This document shows, in pieces, positions 7,711-15,056 of a stretch of DNA of 40,832 nucleotides (its first letter is position 1; each line of letters opens with the position of its first letter). Under the pieces are notes generated by a model. That model saw only the letters and a program-made list of their open reading frames with translations, searched no databases and was not told the origin of the DNA. The stretch is taken from positions 1 through 40,832 of the IMG/VR virus record IMGVR_UViG_3300024268_000164; one strand, written 5' to 3'. Source of the DNA: a virus. The position numbers and the translations under genes are program-made.

Positions 7711-7979
7711 TCCACCCCACCCCTTTTCACTATGTCGATTGCTTTATTTTTTGAAATTGCTTTGATTGTTTTATATGTATTTTTGCCTTTAGATTTGTAG
7801 CTTTTTGTATGATTGCTTGATTTTTCTTCAAACTCTGCCACAACTGCATCCACATCATAGGCTGTTGGAACTTCTTCAAGGATGCAGGTGATGTCATTAT
7901 CCAAAACAATTTCAAATTCATCCTTTGTGTGTCTGTCTACTGCTTTTATTACATCATCAATGTCTACTAATCTACCCAT
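7707..7979 (-). CDS. Hypothetical protein (90 aa from the ATG at 7979)
   Basis: SD GGAAGGAAGGGAAG upstream of MGRLVDIDDV. Operon packing. Confidence 0.5.
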   Translation of the reverse strand: MGRLVDIDDVIKAVDRHTKDEFEIVLDNDITCILEEVPTAYDVDAVVAEFEEKSSNHTKSYKSKGKNTYKTIKAISKNKAIDIVKRGGVE

Positions 7980-8157
7980 TTTCTTCCCTTCCTTCCTTTC
8001 TTTCAAAAAGTTTTTGATAACACTCCCGGCAAATATCAACCCTTTTTTCAGATTGTTGAAAAATCAATGTAAATAAGCTTTTTTCAAATACTGTATAGCT
8101 GTAATCAGCATCATTCTTTTTGCAAAAATCGCATAAACATTTAGTCATTTTCTTCAC
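7972..8157 (-). CDS. Hypothetical small Cys-containing protein (CxCxxC...CxxC)
   Basis: 61-aa ORF reading KCLCDFCKK...ICRECYQK. Possible zinc ribbon. Confidence 0.5.
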   Translation of the reverse strand: MKKMTKCLCDFCKKNDADYSYTVFEKSLFTLIFQQSEKRVDICRECYQKLFERKEGREENG

Positions 8158-8533
8158 TTCCTTTCAACAATTCCGGGCTGTCAAATATGTTGCCGATTAC
8201 TTCACAATCACATCCATTTACCGCTTCACCAAAGAAATGTCTAAAAGCCCATCCTTTTCTACTCAAACAGAAACTTGCAAATTCCTTTTCCCATGTAACA
8301 ACAAGACCGCTTTTCAAAACATCATTTTCCCAAATCTTGTTTCCGTTCTTGTCGGTCAAGCCTGTGTATTGGCAGATGGTATTGGCATCAACAACATACA
8401 CTTCTTCATTATCATCTTTATCAGGAAAACAACTGATAAAAATTTTGTTTGTGATGTATTTTTTCTTCCAAAGAAGTCCTTCCACCCATTCTCCATTGTC
8501 TTTCCGCTTTGCTTTGAACAATATTTCTCTCAT
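8141..8533 (-). CDS. YopX-family protein
   Basis: MREILFKAKRKDNGEWVEG...QYTGLTDKNGNKIWENDV...VIGNIFDSPELL matches the YopX pattern. Confidence 0.8.
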   Translation of the reverse strand: MREILFKAKRKDNGEWVEGLLWKKKYITNKIFISCFPDKDDNEEVYVVDANTICQYTGLTDKNGNKIWENDVLKSGLVVTWEKEFASFCLSRKGWAFRHFFGEAVNGCDCEVIGNIFDSPELLKGSEEND

Positions 8534-8874
8534 TCCACACTACCTTCCTTCCACACCAAATCATTCAGTTCCGGTTTCACAATTGACTGTTCCAAGGCCC
8601 ACATCAGGTTCCAACATGCTGCCCTCAAATGGTTTTCATCCATATCACCACGCATGTATTTGATAAGATGTCGCATTCCTGAATCACACAAGCTGTGCTG
8701 TGGGATGCCCTTGTCAATGTTGTGTTCCCCATATTTCAATGCACCTTCTTCACAGTGCTTTGATAATTCAATCACCGCTGTCAATGGTAACAGGTCCATT
8801 CTGCCCTTCCCGGTGTGCATATCACGCACCGCACCTGTTTCAAACTGTGTTCTTTCTCCTGAATCCTTAATCAT
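8530..8874 (-). CDS. DUF5664-like protein (dATP/dGTP diphosphohydrolase N-terminal-domain-like)
   Basis: KDSGERTQFETGAVRD..GKGRMDLLP...GALKYGEHN..KGIP....DSGMRHL....GD.DENHLRAACWNLMW resembles this phage family as I remember it. Confidence 0.55.
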   Translation of the reverse strand: MIKDSGERTQFETGAVRDMHTGKGRMDLLPLTAVIELSKHCEEGALKYGEHNIDKGIPQHSLCDSGMRHLIKYMRGDMDENHLRAACWNLMWALEQSIVKPELNDLVWKEGSVE

Positions 8875-9109
8875 TCAGATCACCTACCTTTTCTGATAAA
8901 AATTTTTTCAAATCTTTTATGAAAGAATGCAATCCCTGCAATTCCTTCTGCATTTCTTCATATTCTTCAATTTTTAATTCCATGGTGCGGAATGTAGCAC
9001 CGCAATATACACATTTTCTTCTTCTGCGGATAAGTTCATCCTTTTCCCTGCTGTCACATACTGACATGCCATATTTTCCGCAATTCTCACAAAGTCGCAC
9101 ATTCTTCAT
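8867..9109 (-). CDS. NrdR-like zinc-ribbon protein lacking the ATP-cone
   Basis: CENCGKYGMSVCDSREKDELIRRRRKCVYCGATFRTME matches the NrdR N-terminal signature CxxC..V.DSR...RRRR.CxxC..F.T.E. The rest is a short coiled coil. Confidence 0.65.
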   Translation of the reverse strand: MKNVRLCENCGKYGMSVCDSREKDELIRRRRKCVYCGATFRTMELKIEEYEEMQKELQGLHSFIKDLKKFLSEKVGDLND

Positions 9110-9488
9110 TGGCACCGCCCTTCATCTGCTCTGCGATTTCACATGCAATTTCTGTTGCATAATCAAGTGTGACAACATCAGCCCATAATCCGTCAGGCAA
9201 CATGACTTGTAAACTATCATCCGTTACTTTGTCACACAGCTTTTCTGCAAATTCATCAATAGCAGCATTACGCACTGCCTGAATATCCGCTTTAAATTCT
9301 TTGATTTTTTCTTCAATCACTTTCTGCAACATATCCATATCAATTTTGATTTCAGCAATACACTTCTTATTGACTTCTTTCGGTTCAAATCGTTCTTCTG
9401 CACTATGAATACAATGCCTACAATGCGAACCTTCATATTCTTCTTCTTCCCATTTGCAATTTTCACAAGTCTTTTCTATTTCTGCCAT
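9087..9488 (-). CDS. Hypothetical protein (133 aa, N-terminal CxxC...CxxC)
   Basis: SD GAAAGGAGAAAAT precedes the ATG. First gene after the repeat array. Confidence 0.6.
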   Translation of the reverse strand: MAEIEKTCENCKWEEEEYEGSHCRHCIHSAEERFEPKEVNKKCIAEIKIDMDMLQKVIEEKIKEFKADIQAVRNAAIDEFAEKLCDKVTDDSLQVMLPDGLWADVVTLDYATEIACEIAEQMKGGANEECATL

Positions 9489-9501
9489 ATTTTCTCCTTT
9501 C

Positions 9502-9585
9502 TAACTTGCCGATAACTTGCACAATCGTGCGTTTTCGTGCGTTTTTCGTGCGTTTTCGTGCGTTTTTAACTTGCCGGTAACTTGC
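9502..9585. repeat. Ordered repeat array: [TAACTTGC-N3-TAACTTGC] + 4x CGTGCGTTTT(T) at 10/11-bp phase + [TAACTTGC-N3-TAACTTGC]
   Basis: Read directly from the sequence. TAACTTGC pairs are at 9502-9520 and 9567-9585. The four phased units span 9526-9567. Confidence 0.9.
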
Positions 9586-9947
9586 TAATGCCAATCAAGT
9601 TCCCCATGACATTTTGGGCAAAGTCTTGGATTCATAAATGCCCCTGTAATACTTCTTCCACAATGCGGACAGTGTGGGTGTGAATCATGTGAAAATATAA
9701 CCTTATTACTCTTTTTCTTTTTCGGTTTCTTATCTTTCAAAGCCTTAAATTCTTCAATTGTGCCGATTGCTCTGTACTGTTGGATTTCTTTAAGCCATTT
9801 GATTTCAAACTCTATATCTCTGATATTCTCTCTTATTGTATTTTGCAATGGTACAGAATAATTTTGCCTGGCAAGTCTAAGTTTCTCTTGCTCTAGGTTT
9901 TCTTCATACTCTTGTATTGCTTTTTGCAATGCTTCATTCTCCGCCAT
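9585..9947 (-). CDS. Hypothetical protein with a C-terminal zinc ribbon (CPHCG...CPKCHG)
   Basis: 120-aa ORF. SD GGGGGAATAAGC precedes the ATG. Confidence 0.6.
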   Translation of the reverse strand: MAENEALQKAIQEYEENLEQEKLRLARQNYSVPLQNTIRENIRDIEFEIKWLKEIQQYRAIGTIEEFKALKDKKPKKKKSNKVIFSHDSHPHCPHCGRSITGAFMNPRLCPKCHGELDWH

Positions 9948-9949
9948 GC

Positions 9950-10120
9950 TTATTCCCCCATTTCAAAATCCTGCACATTTTCAACCACAACATCATCCAC
10001 ATCCAATCCCATCTTCAGGATGGTTTTCAAGGAAGAAGCTGCTTCTTCCCTGGGTTTCAATTCCTTTTCATCCTTGATGATTTTGGTGATCTGCACATTA
10101 TAAATTCTTGTTACTTCCAT
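9950..10120 (-). CDS. Hypothetical protein (56 aa from the ATG at 10120)
   Basis: Strong SD AAAGGAGAATAGACAA precedes the ATG (MEVTRIYNVQ...). Confidence 0.5.
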   Translation of the reverse strand: MEVTRIYNVQITKIIKDEKELKPREEAASSLKTILKMGLDVDDVVVENVQDFEMGE

Positions 10121-10124
10121 TTGT

Positions 10125-10586
10125 CTATTCTCCTTTCCTTTCATCCAATGCCTTCTGCACCTGGGCCAATGCCCTTTGGTGTAGCCCACCTGATACCCAC
10201 TTGTATGTGAAATTCATATCAACTGCAATCCGTTCCCATGTGTTGAAAACAACCCTGTCCTTTTCTTCATCATAGGTTCCTATGTACCGCTTATGCAGAA
10301 GCCGGCTGCAATCAGCATCACATGCTTCATCAATCAGCTTCCGGGCTTCATTTCTCATATCAATGAAGCGGTCAATTTCTTCATTCAGTTCTTTCTTCAG
10401 GTCAACAATCTTCCCAACAATGTCTGCCATTTTATCCTGGGAAGAAGATGCAGGCACCCTTTCTTCCCCCATCACTGATGTTGTCCTTTTTGCAAGTGCA
10501 TCCAAGGTTGCAATTTCATCAATCCGGGCATCAATGTGGGCATCAATCTTCTTTATCCTTTCCAAATATGTTCTTGCTTTCATCAT
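10125..10586 (-). CDS. Sigma-70 region-4-like phage transcription regulator (DUF1492/ArpU-RinA-like, tentative)
   Basis: The pattern YLERIKKID..I...IDEI..L...A.R.TS......V..S...DKMADIVGKIVDLKKELNEEIDRFIDMRNEARKLID....D..RLLHKRYI....W..IA.DMN.....V....H.RAL matches the family as I remember it. Confidence 0.5.
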   Translation of the reverse strand: MMKARTYLERIKKIDAHIDARIDEIATLDALAKRTTSVMGEERVPASSSQDKMADIVGKIVDLKKELNEEIDRFIDMRNEARKLIDEACDADCSRLLHKRYIGTYDEEKDRVVFNTWERIAVDMNFTYKWVSGGLHQRALAQVQKALDERKGE

Positions 10587-10729
10587 CCCTGTTCCTCTCT
10601 GATTATTTCAATTTTTGAAAGGTCATATCCGCTATTTTTCAGCCGTTTGCAGGCCTGACTCCATTCTTCACGGATTTTATTCATGTATGTGCTGTCAAAA
10701 GACTTTTTTCTTGATATTGAATTTTCCAT
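10583..10729 (-). CDS. Hypothetical small protein (48 aa, hand-called)
   Basis: MENSISRKKSFDSTYMNKIREEWSQACKRLKNSGYDLSKIEIIREEQG. Fills the gap exactly, and its TGA overlaps the downstream ATG (ATGATGA). Confidence 0.4.
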   Translation of the reverse strand: MENSISRKKSFDSTYMNKIREEWSQACKRLKNSGYDLSKIEIIREEQG

Positions 10730-10733
10730 CTTC

Positions 10734-11612
10734 TCAATTCTCCCTTCCTAATCTCTCTTTTAATGCGTTGATTCTTTCTTCCAATGCCGGATCAGGTTCA
10801 TTTTCACCAAGCAATTCCTTTTCCAAGGCATCCATGTCACCATAATCTGTTTTATCTTTTGACATCCAAGAAGGCACCATTTCTTTTCTTGCAGGCTTCT
10901 GTTCTGCATCCTTCCTTGCCCAATTCCTAATGGTTGCATAATGGCTTTTATACCTTTTCCCGGTGCTTTCCACATAACAAGATAATCTTTCAATGCGGTC
11001 CTTGTAATCAGAATATTCAGTCTTTAATTTCTGCAATTCTTCATCAGTCAGAAGCACATTCTTGTATTCACCATATTTATGCTTCACTTTTTTGGGTGCA
11101 GGTTCCGGTTCGGAAGAAGCGGATAATATATTATTATCTTTTTCTTTTTCTTCTTCTCTTTCTTCTTCTTTATCTGCCTGTCTAACATTAGGTTTACTGT
11201 TAGGTTTACTGTTAGGTTTACATGTTAAAGCCTTCTGTTTTTCACGATATTCACGCATATAATTCCGCATAAATTCCTTCCGGTTTTCCATCTGATCCAA
11301 GTTTTGGTGCTTTCCCCAGTTCGGAATGGTGATAACACCATCAATAATTTCAATCATGTCAAACTGTTCAAAAGTCTGAAGTGCCATTGTGACTGTTGAT
11401 TCCTTCATTCTGAAGATGGTTGCAAGCATCTTGTCTGTATATGCAATCTTCCCCATCATGAATACACCGCTGTTGTTCTGTTTCCCGGCAAGGCAAAGAA
11501 GCTTGAACCACACCACAATGATTGCATAGGCATCCGGAAGGCTTTCAATCAAAAGAATCTTTTCATCATCAAACACATCCGTTGTAATCTTGATCCATTT
11601 GACATCAGCCAT
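10734..11612 (-). CDS. Phage replisome organizer (N-terminal organizer domain, DnaD-like C-terminus)
   Basis: ADVKWIKITTDVFDDEKILLIESLPDAYAIIVVWFKLLCLAGKQNNSGVF is the replisome-organizer N-terminal pattern. The C-terminus KSHYATIRNWARKD is DnaD-like. Confidence 0.75.
   Translation of the reverse strand: MADVKWIKITTDVFDDEKILLIESLPDAYAIIVVWFKLLCLAGKQNNSGVFMMGKIAYTDKMLATIFRMKESTVTMALQTFEQFDMIEIIDGVITIPNWGKHQNLDQMENRKEFMRNYMREYREKQKALTCKPNSKPNSKPNVRQADKEEEREEEKEKDNNILSASSEPEPAPKKVKHKYGEYKNVLLTDEELQKLKTEYSDYKDRIERLSCYVESTGKRYKSHYATIRNWARKDAEQKPARKEMVPSWMSKDKTDYGDMDALEKELLGENEPDPALEERINALKERLGREN
11188..11222. repeat. About 3 tandem copies of a 12-bp unit TTAGGTTTACTG inside the replisome-organizer gene (encodes KPNSKPNSKPN)
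   Basis: Read directly from the sequence. Confidence 0.9.
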
Positions 11613-11929
11613 CACACAACCCCCTTTGCATAAGCCCGGAATGCTTCTTCATTCAACATCCGCTGTGCTTCCACTTTGCTATCTCCTGCAAGTTCAGGGA
11701 ATGCTGCCTGAAGTTTCTGCCTTGTTCTTCTGACCGTTTCAATGTTCGGAAGGTTGTATTCCTTCAGGGATACAAGGACCACCCAAAAAGGCTTGCATAA
11801 TACAGCCGGATTGATTTTTTCACACACCTTGACATACAATGCCATGTCACTGTTTCTTGCCATTTCACAGGTTTCAAGGATTTCTTTCACAACATCCTGT
11901 GTAGTCTGTAATTCCTTTGCTTTACTCAT
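11612..11929 (-). CDS. Hypothetical protein (105 aa)
   Basis: SD GAAAGGCGGTG upstream. Stop overlaps the downstream start (TGATG). Confidence 0.6.
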   Translation of the reverse strand: MSKAKELQTTQDVVKEILETCEMARNSDMALYVKVCEKINPAVLCKPFWVVLVSLKEYNLPNIETVRRTRQKLQAAFPELAGDSKVEAQRMLNEEAFRAYAKGVV

Positions 11930-12284
11930 TCCCTGCACCGCCTTTCAATGTCTGTGATGCTTCCCATTCCTTGTATATGCCCATCCAATCTTCAAACCGC
12001 ATGGTCACAAGGATTTCTGCATTATTCTTCTTGTGGAATACCACAGGGAAGTTTCCACTTCCCTTGGAATCCCTTTTTGCCTGTTCCATCCAATCATACA
12101 ACTGCATTCTTTCCTGATGCTTTGCTTCAATATGTATTCCAGGAAGGCCCACAACATCTGATGCATCACCGGTGTTGCCACAATACTGTGCTGTTCTTCT
12201 TGAATCTGTGTAGCCATAATCACGGAACAAGTCGGCAAGATGTCTTTCAAATCTTGCACCCTTCTGTTTGCTGTTGATTGCCAT
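11922..12284 (-). CDS. Holliday-junction resolvase-like PD-(D/E)xK nuclease (Hjc/RecU-like, tentative)
   Basis: KQKGARFERHLADLF...DASDVVGLPGIHIEAKH fits GxxFE...D...E.K. Confidence 0.55.
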   Translation of the reverse strand: MAINSKQKGARFERHLADLFRDYGYTDSRRTAQYCGNTGDASDVVGLPGIHIEAKHQERMQLYDWMEQAKRDSKGSGNFPVVFHKKNNAEILVTMRFEDWMGIYKEWEASQTLKGGAGNE

Positions 12285-12295
12285 GTTCACACCAC

Positions 12296-12853
12296 CTATC
12301 CAATCATTTTGGCAAGAAGCTGTTCATATAAATCTTTGTAAATTCCGGCTTCTGTTTTTGCCTTTGCCAACATTTCCGCTGTTTTAAGATGGGTTTCAGC
12401 AGGATATTGTGCAGGTACTTCCACAATCTTTTCAACAGGCACTTCCACTGTTTTCTGTTCAATGCCCAGGCACTTGGCAATGCCTTCATCAATCTGCTTC
12501 ATTTCCGCATCTGTTGCGGTTCTGATATAGTTGCCAAGCTGATGTTTTCTGCCGAATGACACCATTGCACAATCTGCATACATCATTCCACTGCACACAA
12601 TGGGAACTGTGTATGCATCCCTTTTTTCTTCATCTGTCAGGACAATGATATTCAAATATCCATATCCATTGCGGAAGTTTGCAGATACAATCAGGGCTTT
12701 CTTGATGCCCATGCCATTATTCATTTCATATTCATAAATTTCTCCACGGTTATATTCCATCTTTTCAACCTCTTTCTGATAACTTGTAATTGCCTTATAT
12801 GCTGTTACATCCACATATCCTGAACCATTGCGGATGATTTCAAAGTCTGCCAT
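12296..12853 (-). CDS. Protein with a PemK/MazF-like fold core plus N- and C-terminal extensions (tentative)
   Basis: RGEIYEYEMNNG..KKALIVSAN......LNIIVLTDE...PIV....MYADCAMVSFGRKHQLGNYIRTATDAEMKQIDEGIAKCLGI follows the MazF/PemK sequence logic. Confidence 0.45.
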   Translation of the reverse strand: MADFEIIRNGSGYVDVTAYKAITSYQKEVEKMEYNRGEIYEYEMNNGMGIKKALIVSANFRNGYGYLNIIVLTDEEKRDAYTVPIVCSGMMYADCAMVSFGRKHQLGNYIRTATDAEMKQIDEGIAKCLGIEQKTVEVPVEKIVEVPAQYPAETHLKTAEMLAKAKTEAGIYKDLYEQLLAKMIG

Positions 12854-12865
12854 TATATGTCCCCC

Positions 12866-13276
12866 CTACTTGAACGGAAGTTCTTCCTGGGATGCATCCA
12901 TGAAATCTTCTTCAGATGCAAGTGCAGGTGCTTCATTGGCATGTGTTTCATTGTTTGCTTTGCTTTCACAGAATTCCTGTTCTTCCACAATCACATCTGT
13001 GGTGTATACTTTCTGATTATCATTGTTGGTGTAGCTGCCGGTCTGAATCCTTCCCACAACACCAATCTTCATGCCCTTCTTGAAATACTTTTCTGCAAAT
13101 TCAGCAGGTTTTCCGAATACAACACAGGGAATGAAATCTGCACCCTGCTCACCTTCTCTTTTGAATCTTCTGTCTACTGCCAATCTGTATCTTGCAATTG
13201 CAATAGGTTCTGTTCCCTGGGAATATCTCACTTCCGGATCAGCCACCAATCTTCCTGTTAAAATTACTTTGTTCAT
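12866..13276 (-). CDS. ssb: Single-stranded DNA-binding protein
   Basis: MNKVILTGRLVADPEVRY...OB-fold pattern and acidic tail ending EELPFK. Confidence 0.9.
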   Translation of the reverse strand: MNKVILTGRLVADPEVRYSQGTEPIAIARYRLAVDRRFKREGEQGADFIPCVVFGKPAEFAEKYFKKGMKIGVVGRIQTGSYTNNDNQKVYTTDVIVEEQEFCESKANNETHANEAPALASEEDFMDASQEELPFK

Positions 13277-13294
13277 GTTTTTTCCTCACTTTCT

Positions 13295-14224
13295 TTATTG
13301 TTTTTGATATTCTTCAAATGTTTTGCATTTCGCAAAAATAAATCTGTTATTCACCCACCTTGCCATCTTCCGCAATTCATGGCCTTTTGGAATGTGTTCT
13401 TTGTCATAAAGCATCACATAAGCCCAATATCCCATTTCACGCAAGGTGTATATCCGTTCCAAATCTTCTTCAATGGTTGTGTCAAAATTACAAAGCACAT
13501 ACACAATCAAGTTTCTTTCATTGATTCCTGATATATCTTTGAACATCTTGAATTTTGGAAGAATCATGTCTTTGTCCTGGTATCTATCCCAGGCAAAGTG
13601 CAACTGCTTCATCTTCACCTGTTTCAGCATTTCAGCCTTTTCTTCTGTCATTAGCCGGATGTCAAGCCCTTGGTTGATGTCCACCCATGCTTTGCTGTCA
13701 ATAAGCTGTTGCAGCAGGTCCTTCCACTGCTTACATGCAAGAATATTTGGATCACACAGGACAATGTTTTTTTGTCCATTCCAAAATTCATGCAAATCAG
13801 CAACCTTCCTTGATGCTCGGCCTTCCTTTGCTTCCACATGGCAGAACGAACACCCTCTTGGGCATCCCCTTGACAAAAAGCCATAGGCTGTATCTGTTAT
13901 TCCATACAGTGAATAATCAGGATAAATGTGTTCTATTTCATGTGGCAGTTCAATGTCTTTTGACTTATCAAAGACTTCCTTGCCATCCACAAGGCTGATG
14001 CAATATCCGCTGCCACCCTTCACAATTTCATCAGAATCAACATGATACTGATAATCAGGTGAAAAGCTGAAAACTTTTGACATGTACACCTTGTCCATGT
14101 GTCCTGAAAACATTGGATCATGCCATTCCACAGAATCACCCTGTGCTTTGTGCCATGCGGACAACTTCATCAATGGTATATTGGGGAAATTATGACCATC
14201 AACATCAATCAACCCAATTTTCAT
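13295..14224 (-). CDS. Radical SAM enzyme (phage-encoded, substrate unknown)
   Basis: CX3CX2C cluster CPRGCSFC at residues 121-128. 309 aa. Sits inside the recombination/replication module. Confidence 0.75.
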   Translation of the reverse strand: MKIGLIDVDGHNFPNIPLMKLSAWHKAQGDSVEWHDPMFSGHMDKVYMSKVFSFSPDYQYHVDSDEIVKGGSGYCISLVDGKEVFDKSKDIELPHEIEHIYPDYSLYGITDTAYGFLSRGCPRGCSFCHVEAKEGRASRKVADLHEFWNGQKNIVLCDPNILACKQWKDLLQQLIDSKAWVDINQGLDIRLMTEEKAEMLKQVKMKQLHFAWDRYQDKDMILPKFKMFKDISGINERNLIVYVLCNFDTTIEEDLERIYTLREMGYWAYVMLYDKEHIPKGHELRKMARWVNNRFIFAKCKTFEEYQKQ

Positions 14225-14241
14225 CTTTTGTTTTTTCCTTT

Positions 14242-14538
14242 CTACAAGTACGATTTTCCAAATTCTTTGATAAAATCTTCCCTTGTTCCATAATGTTCTT
14301 CATAATAGGCCTGTGCCTTTGTTTTTAGTGCCAAATCAACGGCTTTTGCATCCTTCCCGGCAAATACTCCATTAGGGTGTAAATCAGGTCTTAATGGGGC
14401 AATAAAGCCGAATTTCTCACTTCTCTTTTTGTTTGGTCCACCAAAGATGTGATGCCTTTCCACAGGTGCAGTTCCGGTGAACATGCAATGGTCCATATCA
14501 TCTGTGAATACACTGTGCAGCCTTTTCACTTTCCCCAT
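14242..14538 (-). CDS. Small HNH-like / ERHHIFGG-motif protein (tentative)
   Basis: CMFTG....VERHHIFGGPNKKRSEKFGFIAPL..DLH resembles a recurrent Firmicutes-phage small nuclease-like family. Confidence 0.4.
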   Translation of the reverse strand: MGKVKRLHSVFTDDMDHCMFTGTAPVERHHIFGGPNKKRSEKFGFIAPLRPDLHPNGVFAGKDAKAVDLALKTKAQAYYEEHYGTREDFIKEFGKSYL

Positions 14539-15050
14539 TGTGCCTTCATCCTTTCCAATTCTTCCGGTGGAAGGGTTTCAATGCCCAGGTCCTTTGCTTC
14601 AGATACAACCCCATCAATCAACACTGACATTTCCTTGCTGTCATAGGTGGATGATCCAAAATAGCACTGAAGCTGAATCCCTGTGGTGCCATTCACACAC
14701 ACTTCACCAAGTTCCTTCACGGCTCTCCATTCTTCCTTGACTTTTTCCACCACATGTGGCTTCACTATGATGTGGGTGAATACCCCATACCTTCCAAGCA
14801 TGTCAAGGTATATATCCCACTTGTCACGGTGTAGGGAATCAGCCATCTTTTGAAGCAGTACCCACATGTATGCATTGGCATCCAGGCTTCTTCTGTTTCT
14901 GTACTTCACCGCCCGGATGCTCAATTTTTCACAATCCTTGATGTTGTTCACCTCATTGATTGCACCGCCTTCATTCACTGTGAATGTGATGTGATACTGT
15001 CCTGTTTGCCAATCCCTTGACACATTCTGAATCTGTCCTGTGAATTCCAT
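14526..15050 (-). CDS. NinB/Orf-family recombination mediator
   Basis: YRNRRSLDANAYMWVLLQKMA parallels lambda Orf ERNRSLDQNRKLWACLGDVS. C-terminal GSSTYDSKEMSVLIDGVVSEAKDLGIE...RMKAQWG parallels lambda GQSTSRMRVGEFAELLELIQAFG...EWKARWG. Confidence 0.7.
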   Translation of the reverse strand: MEFTGQIQNVSRDWQTGQYHITFTVNEGGAINEVNNIKDCEKLSIRAVKYRNRRSLDANAYMWVLLQKMADSLHRDKWDIYLDMLGRYGVFTHIIVKPHVVEKVKEEWRAVKELGEVCVNGTTGIQLQCYFGSSTYDSKEMSVLIDGVVSEAKDLGIETLPPEELERMKAQWGK

Positions 15051-15056
15051 AAGCAA

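Noticed and set aside
8120-8896. 258-aa plus-strand ORF, plus the other plus-strand ORFs at 1-928, 3408-3950, 6148-6552 and 35402-35884
   Set aside because: All lie antisense to well-supported, tightly packed minus-strand genes. They have odd composition (Phe/Ser/Cys/Leu-rich) and no ribosome-binding sites.
9526-9567. The four CGTGCGTTTT(T) units as a possible mini-CRISPR array
   Set aside because: The repeats are only 10-11 bp long and directly contiguous with no spacers, and there are no cas genes. They are better explained as phased T-tracts or iterons.
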